In this document: piece by piece, positions 1-10,065 of the stretch
Position numbering within the stretch: position 1 is the first letter of the stretch
How the letters are laid out: every line of letters begins with the position of its first letter
Origin: Candidatus Eiseniibacteriota bacterium
GTDB taxonomy: Bacteria > Joyebacterota > Joyebacteria > Joyebacterales > Joyebacteraceae
Length of the DNA stretch: 43,511 nucleotides
Direction: 5' to 3'
NCBI GenBank assembly: GCA_043819135.1
Contig: JBDRFG010000146.1
Location: forward strand, 1-43,511
Program-made: the position numbers and the translations under genes
Notes under the pieces: generated by a model
Seen by the model: only the letters and a program-made list of their open reading frames with translations
Told to the model about the DNA's origin: nothing
Database searches by the model: none

Positions 1-156
1 CACGCGCGCGACACGGGGAAGCTCGTTGACGCGACGCAGGGCCGGAGAACCCGCGCCGTTATCGTCACTGACAGCGATCACGTCATTCTGTCCGCCGTCG
101 CGGCCGAGACCATCACTTCGAGGCTCGAGGGTCGCGACGACCGCTCGGAATCCTAG
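1..156 (+). CDS. remA: 3' end of DUF370 / RemA-family protein (partial, starts before window)
   Basis: Manual frame-1 translation [42 protein letters not shown]...* carries the DUF370 signature [23 protein letters not shown]. It lies directly upstream of gmk, the usual position. Not in the ORF track. Confidence 0.88.
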   Translation, partial: HARDTGKLVDATQGRRTRAVIVTDSDHVILSAVAAETITSRLEGRDDRSES

Positions 157-190
157 CGACATCTACCAGCCACGGCTGCCGGAGGACGGA

Positions 191-796
191 ATGAACCGCA
201 CGGCCTTTCCCATCGTTGTGTCCGGTCCCTCGGGCGTCGGCAAATCGACGATCGCGAGAAGGGTGCTCGAGGAGGATGCGGGCACGGCGTATTCGGTGTC
301 CGTGACGACCCGGCCGCCGAGGTACAACGAGGAGCACTGCGCTCACTACGAGTTCGTACCGGACGAGCGCTTCGACGAACTCATCGAGTCGGGTGAGCTG
401 GCGGAGTGGGCGGTGGTGCACGGCTTCCGCTACGGCACGCGGCGGTGCGTGATCGATGAGATCGCAGCGTCCGGAAAGAACGTCGTGATGGACGTCGACA
501 TCCAGGGCGGGATGTCGATCAAGAAACTGTACCCCGAAAGCGTGCTCGTCTTCATCCTGCCGCCGTCGCGGGAGGTTCTGGAGGCCAGGCTGCGCGGCAG
601 GGCAACGGACGACGCGGACGTAATAGAGACGAGGCTCAGGAACGCGGTCAACGAGTTGGACTGGGCCGACAGATACGACCACAGAGTAGTGAACGACGAC
701 CTGGACGAGGCCGTCCGGGCGACGCTTGAAATAGTGAAGAAGGAACGACAGGCGAGGTCCGAGCGTGGGGAAGCACCGACGGCCCCGGCGGACTGA
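191..796 (+). CDS. gmk: Guanylate kinase
   Basis: P-loop SGPSGVGKST; SVSVTTRPPR, EWAVVHGFRYGT, VFILPPS and VVNDDL motifs. GGAGG at 181-185 before ATG 191. Confidence 0.97.
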   Translation: MNRTAFPIVVSGPSGVGKSTIARRVLEEDAGTAYSVSVTTRPPRYNEEHCAHYEFVPDERFDELIESGELAEWAVVHGFRYGTRRCVIDEIAASGKNVVMDVDIQGGMSIKKLYPESVLVFILPPSREVLEARLRGRATDDADVIETRLRNAVNELDWADRYDHRVVNDDLDEAVRATLEIVKKERQARSERGEAPTAPAD

Positions 797-812
797 CGGA
801 CGGAGGGTAGCG

Positions 813-1046
813 ATGGACCAGCTGAAGAAAGAGAATCTCCTCAAGTACGCGAAGAACGAGTACCTGGGCTCCGTGCTCGCGGCGAAGGTCGCGCGGCGTC
901 TTCACGCCATGCATCCTGACCAGAGGCCCGCCGGAGATGAAGAAAAGGTGACCTCGCTCGCGCTCAGGCTTATCACCGACGGGGTAGTGACGTACGAGAT
1001 AACCGAGCCTGTGGACGAGGCGACCGAAGACCTGGACGAGGACTAG
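813..1046 (+). CDS. rpoZ: RNA polymerase omega subunit
   Basis: 77 aa with NEY..SVLAAKVARRL and K.TSLAL..I..G pattern; gmk-rpoZ-coaBC synteny; GGAGG before ATG 813. Confidence 0.85.
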   Translation: MDQLKKENLLKYAKNEYLGSVLAAKVARRLHAMHPDQRPAGDEEKVTSLALRLITDGVVTYEITEPVDEATEDLDED

Positions 1047-1085
1047 GCCAGCCGACCATCACCGTCCCCGGAGACCATCAATAGA

Positions 1086-2342
1086 ATGGAAACCCTGCTG
1101 GCAGGTAAGACCGTCGTACTGGGTGTGACCGGCAGCATCGCCGCGTTCAAGGCCCCGCACATCGTTAGCAGGATGACCTCGCTCGGAGCGAACGTCATAG
1201 TCGTGATGACCGAGAACGCGACGCGATTCGTGACGCCCCTGACGTTCGAGACGCTCTCCGGTAACGAGGTCGTCGTCAGCATGTGGCCGGATCGTAAGGT
1301 CGGGGTCGCGGAACTCGAGGAGGCGGTGTCGAAGGCCGAGCGGCTGAAGCACATCAAGCTCGGCGAGGCCGCCGATCTCGTAATCGTCGCGCCGGCCTCC
1401 GCCAACATCATCGGCAAGATGGCCAATGGGATCGCCGACGACTTCCTGTCCACGGAACTCATGGCGATGACGTGCCCGGTGCTCGTCGCGCCCGCGATGA
1501 ACGTCACCATGATGGAGTCCGACGCGGTCACCGAGAACATCCACACTCTGAAAGAGCGCGGGGTCATGTTCGTCGAGCCCGATACGGGCAGACTGGCAAG
1601 CGGCGCCTTTGGGCGCGGGCGGTTGGCCGACCCCGACGTGATCGTCGACGCGGCCCTCGCCGTGCTCGTGCCCGGCGACCTCGCGGGCAAGAGGGTCGTT
1701 GTAACCGCGGGCCCGACGGAGGAGCCCATCGATCCGGTGCGGCACATAGGCAATCCCTCGACGGGCAAGATGGGGTTCGCGATCGCCGACCGGGCTCTCA
1801 AGCGCGGCGCCGAGGTCGTTCTCATCTCCGGGCGGACGGCTATCGAACCGCCTCCCGGCGTGAGGTTCGTATCTGTAGGCACCACCAGGGAGATGCTGGA
1901 CGCCGTGATGAGCGAGCTTCCGGAACTCGATCTGCTGGTCATGGCGGCGGCCCCGGCCGACTACCGGCCGGAGGAGGTCGCGGAACACAAGATCAAGAAG
2001 CGCGCGGACATACTGAGCATTCAGCTCGTTCGGACCGAGGACATCCTCGGCGAGGTGGCGAAGAAGAAGCAGGTGGGGCAGGGCGTGGTGGGCTTCGCCG
2101 TGGAGACCCGTGACGAGGTGCCCAACGCCAGGAAAAAGCTCGATGAGAAGAAGCTCGACCTCATCATCGTCAACAATCCGACGGTAGAGGGCGCGGGCTT
2201 CGGCTCGGACACGAACATCGCCACGGTCATCGGGTCTACCGGGCTCGAGGAGAGCGTGGGCAAGGTCTCGAAGACCGAACTTGCAGACATCATCCTGACG
2301 TTCGCCATTCGCGAACTGGGATGGGGGAAGATACATGGCTAG
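1086..2342 (+). CDS. coaBC: Bifunctional phosphopantothenoylcysteine decarboxylase/synthetase
   Basis: GVTGSIAAFK, APASANIIGK, APAMN, VTAGPTEEPIDPVRHIGNPSTGKMG, AAPADY and GFAVET motifs. Confidence 0.97.
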   Translation: METLLAGKTVVLGVTGSIAAFKAPHIVSRMTSLGANVIVVMTENATRFVTPLTFETLSGNEVVVSMWPDRKVGVAELEEAVSKAERLKHIKLGEAADLVIVAPASANIIGKMANGIADDFLSTELMAMTCPVLVAPAMNVTMMESDAVTENIHTLKERGVMFVEPDTGRLASGAFGRGRLADPDVIVDAALAVLVPGDLAGKRVVVTAGPTEEPIDPVRHIGNPSTGKMGFAIADRALKRGAEVVLISGRTAIEPPPGVRFVSVGTTREMLDAVMSELPELDLLVMAAAPADYRPEEVAEHKIKKRADILSIQLVRTEDILGEVAKKKQVGQGVVGFAVETRDEVPNARKKLDEKKLDLIIVNNPTVEGAGFGSDTNIATVIGSTGLEESVGKVSKTELADIILTFAIRELGWGKIHG

Positions 2343-3225
2343 CGGCCGCGACCGGGCCAGGAAGCTTGCGGCGGAGTACTTCCGACAGCTCGGCGAGTCC
2401 GGCGAGACCGAGATCTACCTGTCCCCGGGCTACGCCGGCGCACCCGTGGCGGCCTCGGCCGTGAAGGCGCCTGCGACAGCGGCACCGCGGACTCCTGAGG
2501 TAGCGGCGACACCGCGGACCTCTGATGCGGCGGCGACCTCACCGGCCCTTGATGCTCCATCGGCCGCGCAGTCCCCCGACGTCCCCGCACCCGTGATCAT
2601 CAGCGTCAAGTTCGCGTTCTCGACGGCCGCGACGACGGGCGACATGTTCTCCGGGTCTTCGGGGATCGAGAAGTGCGCGACGCTCGAGGAGGTCGCGGCC
2701 AGGTCGGTCGGCTGTCAGAACTGCGAGCTCGCGGGCGGCCGCACGAACGTGGTCTTCGGTGCCGGCAACCCGCACGCGCGCCTGATGTTCATCGGCGAGG
2801 CGCCCGGACGCGACGAGGACATTCAGGGCGTGCCGTTCGTCGGCAGGGCGGGACAGCTTCTCAACAAGATCCTCGAGGCCGCGGAGATCGAGCGCGACGA
2901 CGTCTACATCGCGAACATCATCAAGTGCAGGCCGCCGAACAACCGGACGCCACTGACGAACGAGATCGAGGCATGCATCCCGTATCTCGGCAGGCAGGTG
3001 GCGCTGATCGCCCCGAAGATCATCTGCACGCTGGGCCTTCCGGCGACGCAGACGCTTCTGGGCATTCGTGGCTCGATGGGAAGCCTGCGCGGCAAGATGT
3101 ACGTGGAAGGTGACGTCAAGGTCATACCGACGTACCACCCGGCGGCCGCTCTTCGGGACCCCAAGTACAAGCGGCCGATCTGGGACGACTTCCAGATGAT
3201 CAAGCGGGAATACACGAGGACGTAG
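2335..3225 (+). CDS. Family 4 (Fe-S) uracil-DNA glycosylase with low-complexity N-terminal linker
   Basis: [34 protein letters not shown] and TYHPAA motifs; overlaps the coaBC stop. Confidence 0.95.
   Translation: MASGRDRARKLAAEYFRQLGESGETEIYLSPGYAGAPVAASAVKAPATAAPRTPEVAATPRTSDAAATSPALDAPSAAQSPDVPAPVIISVKFAFSTAATTGDMFSGSSGIEKCATLEEVAARSVGCQNCELAGGRTNVVFGAGNPHARLMFIGEAPGRDEDIQGVPFVGRAGQLLNKILEAAEIERDDVYIANIIKCRPPNNRTPLTNEIEACIPYLGRQVALIAPKIICTLGLPATQTLLGIRGSMGSLRGKMYVEGDVKVIPTYHPAAALRDPKYKRPIWDDFQMIKREYTRT
2473..2580 (+). repeat. Four degenerate in-frame 27-bp (9-aa) tandem repeats in the UDG linker
   Basis: Units encode ATAAPRTPE / VAATPRTSD / AAATSPALD / APSAAQSPD; units 1 and 2 share CACCGCGGAC. 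Confidence 0.65.
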
Positions 3226-3254
3226 GACCGTCCTCCTTGAAGGGAGAAGACCGG

Positions 3255-3767
3255 ATGGCACAGAGACCTATCGGCTCGGCGGTCCTTCTGACGATCCTCT
3301 GCGTGGCGCTCGCTTCCGGCTGCTGTCCCAGCGGGCCGAAGGTGCTTGAGAGCCTCGCCCTGCCGGTCGAAGTGCAGGCCGGCTGCAGTCTGGTGCCTGC
3401 GAAGCAGGTGACCGATGGCCCGCTCGCACCCATGGCTTCCAACCCGCTGTCGACCTCGGACTCGAGAAAAGTGAGCGCGATCGTGCCTCTGGTTACGGGC
3501 GCAGGAACGGAGGACGCGGCGGTCGGCAGCGTTAAGAGCGCCTACGCCGCCGTCTACGAGTGCGAGCCCGGGGGACCTCTCGTGCGCGTCTACGCGGTCC
3601 TCTTCCGCGAGCCTACCGGCTCCGCAAGGGCCGCAATGCTGGAAGCGAATCCGGGCGGCGTGATGTTCAAGGGGCAGTTGGCCGGAGTCGTACTTGCGGA
3701 TGAAGACGCGTGCGAGTCGTGCTACGATGCCGTCATGACCCGCGCGGAGATGGTGTTGGGGAAGTGA
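3255..3767 (+). CDS. Hypothetical lipoprotein, Cys-rich
   Basis: Basic N-terminus, hydrophobic stretch and lipobox LASG-C; GGGAG upstream of ATG 3255; further Cys including CESC near the C-terminus. No family recognised. Confidence 0.7.
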   Translation: MAQRPIGSAVLLTILCVALASGCCPSGPKVLESLALPVEVQAGCSLVPAKQVTDGPLAPMASNPLSTSDSRKVSAIVPLVTGAGTEDAAVGSVKSAYAAVYECEPGGPLVRVYAVLFREPTGSARAAMLEANPGGVMFKGQLAGVVLADEDACESCYDAVMTRAEMVLGK

Positions 3768-3811
3768 CTCGCAGGCGGGTCCGGTGACTTGCATCAGAAC
3801 GGAAGGTGCGC

Positions 3812-4447
3812 ATGAAGAAGGCTGAACTTGTTTCCTTGGTGACCCTGCTGCCGGCTCTCCTGTGTGCCGCGCTCGCGGGCTGTCAGACTGCCAGCGACGA
3901 GGTCCGATTCGAACTCCGGGTCAGCGAGGCCGTCGTCGAGGGGAACGTGCCCGAGACTGGTCCCGGGACCCAGGAACTGGCCGTCAAGGTCAGTTGGTCG
4001 GCGACGACCGGCGGGCTGGACGCCTATGTGACGAACCCCGCGGACACGACCGCCTCCATCCTCTGGGAGGACGCCACGTTCTCATACGGCTCCGGGGACC
4101 CGGAGCCTCTGGTCGCCACAGCGCCGCACGCGGGTCCGGACCTGCCCCAGCCGCCGACGGTGATCCCCGGTCGTGGGCAGATGATCGTCGGGATGTTGCC
4201 GCGCTCTCACGCGGAGTGGGAGTGGTCCACGAACCGGGCGATGGGCGGATCGTGGCGCGCCTCTGCCGGACTCTTCGGCGTCGAGTTCACCACGGAACAG
4301 AGCGAGGCGGAGCGGCGGTCGCTTGCGGAGGCGACCGTAGGCAGGAAAGCGATGATCGAGATCCCCGTTCGGACAGGTAGTAGAGTGTTGACCTACATCT
4401 TCGACGTCCGCGTCGCGGGCGCAGAGGTGTACGCCTCGTACCATTAG
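3812..4447 (+). CDS. Hypothetical lipoprotein
   Basis: MKKAELVSLVTLLPALLCAALAG-C is a canonical lipobox; the mature part looks beta-rich. No family recognised. Confidence 0.72.
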   Translation: MKKAELVSLVTLLPALLCAALAGCQTASDEVRFELRVSEAVVEGNVPETGPGTQELAVKVSWSATTGGLDAYVTNPADTTASILWEDATFSYGSGDPEPLVATAPHAGPDLPQPPTVIPGRGQMIVGMLPRSHAEWEWSTNRAMGGSWRASAGLFGVEFTTEQSEAERRSLAEATVGRKAMIEIPVRTGSRVLTYIFDVRVAGAEVYASYH

Positions 4448-4467
4448 CCAGCGTGTCGGAGGCGGGT

Positions 4468-5859
4468 ATGGCAACCAAGGAAAGAACAGCACGAGAGACC
4501 GTTCGGCTGGCGGCTGCCGAACGGATCCCGCCCCAGGCCATCGACGCCGAGGTAGCCGTTATCGGCGCGATGCTCCTGGACACGGCGGCCGTCGGGGCGG
4601 TCAGCGAGATCCTCGACGACACCGCGTTCTACAAGGGCGCCCACAAGAAGATCTTCAGGGCCGTGATCGACCTCTTCTCCAAGGAAGAGGCCGTCGATCT
4701 CGTCACTGTGACCCAGGAACTCAAGCGGCAGAAGGTGCTGGACGATGTGGGAGGGGCCGCCTACCTGTCGCAGCTTCTGGGAAGCGTGGCGACGACCGCG
4801 AACGTGCGGCACCACGCGAAGATCGTGCTCGAGAAGGCGATCCTCCGCCGGCTGATAAGCGTCGCGACTGAAGTCGTGCAGGAAGCGTACGACGCGGGCA
4901 GCGAGGCGGCCGACATCCTCGACCGCGCCGAGCACGTCATCTTCGAGATCGCTCAGCAGCGCGTCCACCGCGATTTCGTGCCCATGCGGGAGATCCTCAA
5001 GCACAGTTTCGAGGTGATCCAGGAACTCTACGACAAGAAACAGCACGTCACGGGCATTCCGTCCGGATTCAACGACCTCGACGCGCTGACGTCAGGCTTC
5101 CAGAAGGCCGACCTGGTCGTCATCGCCGGACGGCCGTCGATGGGGAAGACGGCCTTCGCCCTCAACGTGGCGGCGCACGCCTCGATCGACGGCGGCACCC
5201 CGACGGCCATCTTCAGCCTGGAGATGGGGAAGGAGCAGCTGGTCCAGCGCATGCTGTGCTGCGAGGCTCACGTCGACGCGCACAAGCTGAGGACAGGCTA
5301 CCTCGCCGACAAGCACTGGTCGAGCCTGACGACGGCGGCCGGACTCCTGTCCGAGTCGGCTATCTTCATCGACGACACGCCCTCGATGAACGTGCTCGAA
5401 ATGCGCTCGAAGGCGAGACGTCTTAAGGCAGAGGCCGACATCGGACTCGTCATCGTCGACTACCTGCAGTTGATGCAAGGGCTGGGCAGGCCCGAGAACC
5501 GGCAGCAGGAGATATCCGAGATCTCTCGCTCGCTCAAGGCGCTCGCGAAGGAGCTCGAAGTTCCGGTGCTGGCGCTGTCGCAGCTGTCGCGTGCGGTCGA
5601 ATCGCGAGGCGGCGACCGCAGGCCGATCCTCTCGGACTTGAGGGAGTCTGGCGCCATCGAACAGGACGCGGACGTCGTGATGTTCATCTATCGGGCCGAG
5701 CAGTACGAGCGCACGCCCGAGAACATCGGCCGTGCCGAGGTCATCATCGGCAAGCAGAGAAACGGTCCTACGGGAACCGTGCACCTGTCATTTCAGTCCG
5801 AGTGCACGCGGTTCGACAACCTCAGCATGAGGGCCGAGGAGACCTTTGAGGAACTCTAG
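4468..5859 (+). CDS. dnaB: Replicative DNA helicase
   Basis: PPQAIDAE..VIG, GRPSMGKT (Walker A), FSLEM, VDYLQL, LSQLSR, SDLRESGAIEQDAD and KQRNGPTG. Normal length, no intein. Confidence 0.98.
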   Translation: MATKERTARETVRLAAAERIPPQAIDAEVAVIGAMLLDTAAVGAVSEILDDTAFYKGAHKKIFRAVIDLFSKEEAVDLVTVTQELKRQKVLDDVGGAAYLSQLLGSVATTANVRHHAKIVLEKAILRRLISVATEVVQEAYDAGSEAADILDRAEHVIFEIAQQRVHRDFVPMREILKHSFEVIQELYDKKQHVTGIPSGFNDLDALTSGFQKADLVVIAGRPSMGKTAFALNVAAHASIDGGTPTAIFSLEMGKEQLVQRMLCCEAHVDAHKLRTGYLADKHWSSLTTAAGLLSESAIFIDDTPSMNVLEMRSKARRLKAEADIGLVIVDYLQLMQGLGRPENRQQEISEISRSLKALAKELEVPVLALSQLSRAVESRGGDRRPILSDLRESGAIEQDADVVMFIYRAEQYERTPENIGRAEVIIGKQRNGPTGTVHLSFQSECTRFDNLSMRAEETFEEL

Positions 5860-6679
5860 TTCTATCCCTGAACCCGCGGTCGCTCACAGGGGGGCAGGCC
5901 CGTTCGGCAGCCTCGGACACGTCGCCATCGAGGTCGTAACCGAGGTGGGATTCGCGGGCATGCTGTTCTGGCGCTCCATGCTGTCGCTGCGGAAGCTCGG
6001 CCGCTCAATGCCGCTCGTCCTCGAGCAGGCCCGGCGCATCGGAATCGAGTCGTTGCCTCTCGTGATCATTACGTCGGTCTTCACGGGAGCCGTGACGGCG
6101 GTTCAGGCCGCCTACCAGCTCAAGGACTTCGTACCCAAGATCTACATGGGCACGGCCATCTACAAGTCGGTTGTCATCGAACTCGGTCCCGTGCTGACGG
6201 CGCTCGTCGTCGGCGGGCGCGTCAGCGCGTCGATCGCCGCCGAGCTTGGGAGCATGCGTGTCACCGAGCAGATCGATGCGATGGACGCCATGGCGATCGA
6301 TCCGGTCAGATACCTCACGATGCCCCGCATCGTGGCGGCGCTCGTGATGCTGCCCGTGCTGACGGTCTTCGCGGACATACTGGCCATCGGCGGCGGGTTC
6401 TTCGTCGCCAATGCGTCGCTCGGTCTCTCGCCGAAGATCTTCATCCAGGGAATGAAGTTGTTCTTTCTCCCTCAGGACGTGTTCGGCGGGCTCATCAAGG
6501 CTTTCGTGTTCGGCGGCATCATCTCGCTGATGGGCTGCTCTGCGGGCTTAAGGACCGTCGGCGGCGCCGTCGGTGTGGGCACCGCGGCGACGAGGGCCGT
6601 CGTCACGAGCTGCGTGCTCATACTTGTGAGCGACTACATCCTGGCAGTCCTTCTGTTCCAGATCATCTTCGGCGCGTAG
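5846..6679 (+). CDS. mlaE: MlaE-family ABC transporter permease
   Basis: ELGPVLTALVVGGRV, AAELGSMRVTEQIDAMDAMAIDPVRYL and GGAVGVGTAATRAVV motifs. Start codon uncertain (TTG). Confidence 0.93.
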   Translation: MRNSSSIPEPAVAHRGAGPFGSLGHVAIEVVTEVGFAGMLFWRSMLSLRKLGRSMPLVLEQARRIGIESLPLVIITSVFTGAVTAVQAAYQLKDFVPKIYMGTAIYKSVVIELGPVLTALVVGGRVSASIAAELGSMRVTEQIDAMDAMAIDPVRYLTMPRIVAALVMLPVLTVFADILAIGGGFFVANASLGLSPKIFIQGMKLFFLPQDVFGGLIKAFVFGGIISLMGCSAGLRTVGGAVGVGTAATRAVVTSCVLILVSDYILAVLLFQIIFGA

Positions 6680-6705
6680 CAGGCCGGCTGCCCGCGGAGT
6701 TGCGA

Positions 6706-7551
6706 ATGACGGATCGACCCGACAGAGGCATGACCGCAGGACCCGGCGGCGCTACGCCCGCGAGGCCCGTCATCGAAGTGCGCGACCTCTGGAAGTCGTT
6801 CGGGGATCTCGAGGTCCTGCGCGGCGTGGACCTGACCGTCCTCGAAGGCGAGACGATGGTGGTTCTTGGGGCTTCCGGATGCGGGAAGAGCGTGCTTCTC
6901 AAACACGTGATCGGCTTGATGAAGCCGGATCGAGGCTCGATAGTCATCGAGGGCCGCGAGATTACGAAGCTGGGATCGCGGGAACTCAAGGATCTCAGAA
7001 TGACCTTCGGCATGGTCTTCCAGGGCGCCGCGCTCTTCGATTCGATGACGGTCGGTGAGAACGTCGGCCTGCCGCTCAAGGAGCACAGGGGCATCAGGGG
7101 CGTCGAGCTTGCGGACATCGTGGAGACCAAGCTGCGAATGGTGGGTATGGCGGGGGTGTCGCACCAGCGGCCGTCCCAGATCTCCGGCGGCATGAAGAAG
7201 CGCGTGGCGCTCGCGCGTGCCATCGCTCTCGACCCGGACATCATCCTCTATGACGAGCCAACCACCGGACTCGACCCGATCATGGCCGAACAGATCAATC
7301 AGCTTATCAGGGCGCTGCAGCGCAAGGTCAACGCGACTTCGATCGTCGTCACGCACGACCTGCACAGCGCCAGATTCACTGGTGACAACATCGCCTTGAT
7401 GCACGAGGGACGCATCGAGTTCGTGGGCACTCTGGACGAGCTCAAGTGCAGCGACAACACTGCCGTGAGGACCTTCCTGGCGCGCGGGCGCGTCCCGGTG
7501 CCGGGATCGTCCGCGGACGACAGACCGGTCGACCCGGAAGTGTTCGCGTAG
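6706..7551 (+). CDS. mlaF: MlaF-family ABC transporter ATP-binding protein
   Basis: GASGCGKS, FQGAALFDS, ISGGMKKRVALARA, LYDEPTTGLDPI and VTHD motifs; between mlaE and mlaD. Confidence 0.93.
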   Translation: MTDRPDRGMTAGPGGATPARPVIEVRDLWKSFGDLEVLRGVDLTVLEGETMVVLGASGCGKSVLLKHVIGLMKPDRGSIVIEGREITKLGSRELKDLRMTFGMVFQGAALFDSMTVGENVGLPLKEHRGIRGVELADIVETKLRMVGMAGVSHQRPSQISGGMKKRVALARAIALDPDIILYDEPTTGLDPIMAEQINQLIRALQRKVNATSIVVTHDLHSARFTGDNIALMHEGRIEFVGTLDELKCSDNTAVRTFLARGRVPVPGSSADDRPVDPEVFA

Positions 7552-7634
7552 CAGGAGCGATCGACCACCGGGCGCCGCCGACCGCGCGCCGCCCCTCCAA
7601 AGCCAGGGCCACAACGGAATCCAGGGGGAAGGCA

Positions 7635-8501
7635 ATGACCGAACACGGTAACGAGGTGAGGGTGGGAGTCACCCTGACGATCGCGGGTGTGTTGCTCGTC
7701 GCCGGCATCCTGTGGCTGGGCGGCTTCAGTTTTGGTGAGAGCAGGTACACATTCAACATTGTGTTCGACGAGGTAGCCGGGCTTGTTGCGGGCGACAAGG
7801 TGACTGTCGCGGGTCTGAACGCAGGGGAGATCATCTCTTTGTCGCTCGCGCCTCTCGGCAAGGTCGTGGCCGAGGTCGAGGTGGACGATTACATCAAGAT
7901 CCCCGTTGATTCGCGCATCTCGATCGCCAGCTACGGCCTCATCGGGGCGAAGGTCATATCGATCCGACCCGGAGGAAGCGACGTCTTCATCACGCCCGGC
8001 TCCGTCAATCAGGGCCAGTACGAGAAGGGGCTGGGCGACGTCGTGCACGAGATGGGCGAGGCCCTGGCCGACATCCGGGTCGTCATGAAGTCGGCCGACG
8101 AGATCCTCACCGACGAGGAAGGCAAGGAGCTCGTCAAAGACGCACTCGTCAACGCGAACGCCGCCTCGTCCGACCTCAAGCACGCAACCGCCGACCTCCG
8201 CGTGATGGCCACCGAACTAAGGACCTTCGTGAGCGCGAAGAGAGATCCGGCGGGCGAGGCCATCGATGCGATGGAGGGCGCCATTCTCGGGTTCTCGGAG
8301 GTGACAGGCGAGCTCAAGATCATTTCGGCGTCGCTCGACTCGATCGTCCGTCGAGTCGAGGGTGGAGAGGGGACGCTGGGCAAGCTCATCAACGAGGACC
8401 AGGTCCACGACGAGTTCCTCGCCGCCATCAAGGAGGTCAGGGAACTCGTCGCGACGATACGCGACAATCCCAACAGCTTCGTCAAGTTCTCGCTGTTCTA
8501 G
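7635..8501 (+). CDS. mlaD: MCE-domain protein with helical C-terminus (MlaD family)
   Basis: N-terminal TM helix, F..VAGL..GDKVTVAG...G, GLIGAK.I.I.PG, coiled region, GEGTLGKLIN and C-terminal NP.SFVKFSLF. Confidence 0.9.
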   Translation: MTEHGNEVRVGVTLTIAGVLLVAGILWLGGFSFGESRYTFNIVFDEVAGLVAGDKVTVAGLNAGEIISLSLAPLGKVVAEVEVDDYIKIPVDSRISIASYGLIGAKVISIRPGGSDVFITPGSVNQGQYEKGLGDVVHEMGEALADIRVVMKSADEILTDEEGKELVKDALVNANAASSDLKHATADLRVMATELRTFVSAKRDPAGEAIDAMEGAILGFSEVTGELKIISASLDSIVRRVEGGEGTLGKLINEDQVHDEFLAAIKEVRELVATIRDNPNSFVKFSLF

Positions 8502-8595
8502 CGCGTGTCGCGGCGGGTTTGTGCCGCCTCGGTCCGGCGTGGTTCGAGATGGAGGGCGGGGACAAACGCACCGCCCGTCACAGGAGGAGGGGAGG

Positions 8596-10065
8596 ATGGG
8601 GGGAAAGAAGAAGAGCGTGTTCTTCTGCAGCGGCTGCGGCCACGAGTCGCCGAGGTGGCTGGGGAAGTGCCCCGGCTGCGGTGAGTGGAACACGTTCGTC
8701 GAGACTGAGGTGCAGAAGAACCGTCCCTTGGGCAGGTCGGCGACGGCGGCGCGTGAGGGTCCTGTTGCGCTGCCCGACATTACGGCGGACGCCTCGGAGC
8801 GGATGCCGACCGGGATATCCGAGTTCGACCGGACTCTGGGCGGAGGCATAGTGCCCGGCGCGGTCATGCTGGTCGGAGGTGATCCGGGCATAGGCAAGTC
8901 CACGCTGCTCCTCCAGGCCAGCGACGCCGTGGCGCGGAGCGGCGAGACGGTGCTCTACGTCACCGGCGAGGAGTCACGCTCGCAGATACGACTGCGGGCC
9001 TCACGGCTCGGAGTCGATTCCGGGCTCATCAGCGTCCTCACGGAGACGGACGTGTCGCGCGTCCTGGAAGTCGCGGCGTCCACGCAGCCGGGCATCCTCG
9101 TCCTCGATTCCATACAGACCATCTACCACGCGGAGGCCAACGGTTCGCCGGGGAGTGTGTCCCAGGTTCGTGAGTCGGCCGCCTCGCTCGTGCGGTTCGC
9201 GAAGGAGACGGGTGTCCCCGTCTTTCTCATCGGGCACGTGACCAAGCAGGGCGCGATAGCGGGTCCGAGGATCCTCGAGCACATGGTCGACACCGTGCTC
9301 TACTTCGAGGGCGACAAGCGTATGCCCTACCGCATCCTGCGCGCCGTGAAGAACCGCTACGGTTCGACGGATGAGATAGGCGTCTTCGAGATGACCGCGG
9401 GAGGCCTGGTCGAGGTCGCCGACCCATCGGGGCTCTTCGTGTCCAGGGACCTCCCCAACACCTCGGGCTCGGTCGTCATCGGTGTGGTCGAGGGCACGCG
9501 CGCTCTCATGGTGGAGATACAGGCGCTCACGGGTCTCACCAACTACGCGGTCCCGCAGCGCTCGAGCACGGGGGTGGACCGGAGAAGGCTGCCGCTCATC
9601 CTGGCGGTGCTCGAACGCAGGGGGGGCCTGAGCCTCGGCAACCGCGACATCTTCGTCAACGTCGCCGGTGGCGTCAGGGTAGAGGAGCCGGCCGCCGACC
9701 TCGGCGTGGCTCTGGCCGTTGCGTCGAGCTACTGGGACATTCCGGTGGACGAGCGAACGGCGGTCTTCGGCGAGATAGGGCTCGGCGGCGAGGTCAGGCG
9801 AGTGACGCAGGCAGGCAAGCGGGCCCAGGAGGCCTCGCGGTTGGGCTACTCGCGCATCGTCCTTCCGCGGAACGCTCTGCCGAAAGAGGAACGCCCGTAC
9901 GGCGTAGAGTTCGTCGAGGTGCGCACGCTCGGCGACGCCATGGACACACTCCTGGGGTCGCGGCGCAGCAGACGCGCGTGCGGAACCGAAGCGGCGCCGG
10001 ACGTCTCCGATAGACCGGAGGAGCCCGGGCGACGCGCGACTGCCGCGCGAACCAAGGAGGCGTGA
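8596..10065 (+). CDS. radA: DNA repair protein RadA/Sms
   Basis: C4 zinc finger CSGC..CPGC, GDPGIGKST, DSIQT, GHVTKQG.IAGP and KNRYG; strong RBS before ATG 8596. Confidence 0.97.
   Translation: MGGKKKSVFFCSGCGHESPRWLGKCPGCGEWNTFVETEVQKNRPLGRSATAAREGPVALPDITADASERMPTGISEFDRTLGGGIVPGAVMLVGGDPGIGKSTLLLQASDAVARSGETVLYVTGEESRSQIRLRASRLGVDSGLISVLTETDVSRVLEVAASTQPGILVLDSIQTIYHAEANGSPGSVSQVRESAASLVRFAKETGVPVFLIGHVTKQGAIAGPRILEHMVDTVLYFEGDKRMPYRILRAVKNRYGSTDEIGVFEMTAGGLVEVADPSGLFVSRDLPNTSGSVVIGVVEGTRALMVEIQALTGLTNYAVPQRSSTGVDRRRLPLILAVLERRGGLSLGNRDIFVNVAGGVRVEEPAADLGVALAVASSYWDIPVDERTAVFGEIGLGGEVRRVTQAGKRAQEASRLGYSRIVLPRNALPKEERPYGVEFVEVRTLGDAMDTLLGSRRSRRACGTEAAPDVSDRPEEPGRRATAARTKEA

Noticed and set aside
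4468..5859. Possible intein in DnaB
   Set aside because: Length is normal (about 463 aa), motifs are contiguous, and no splicing signature is present.
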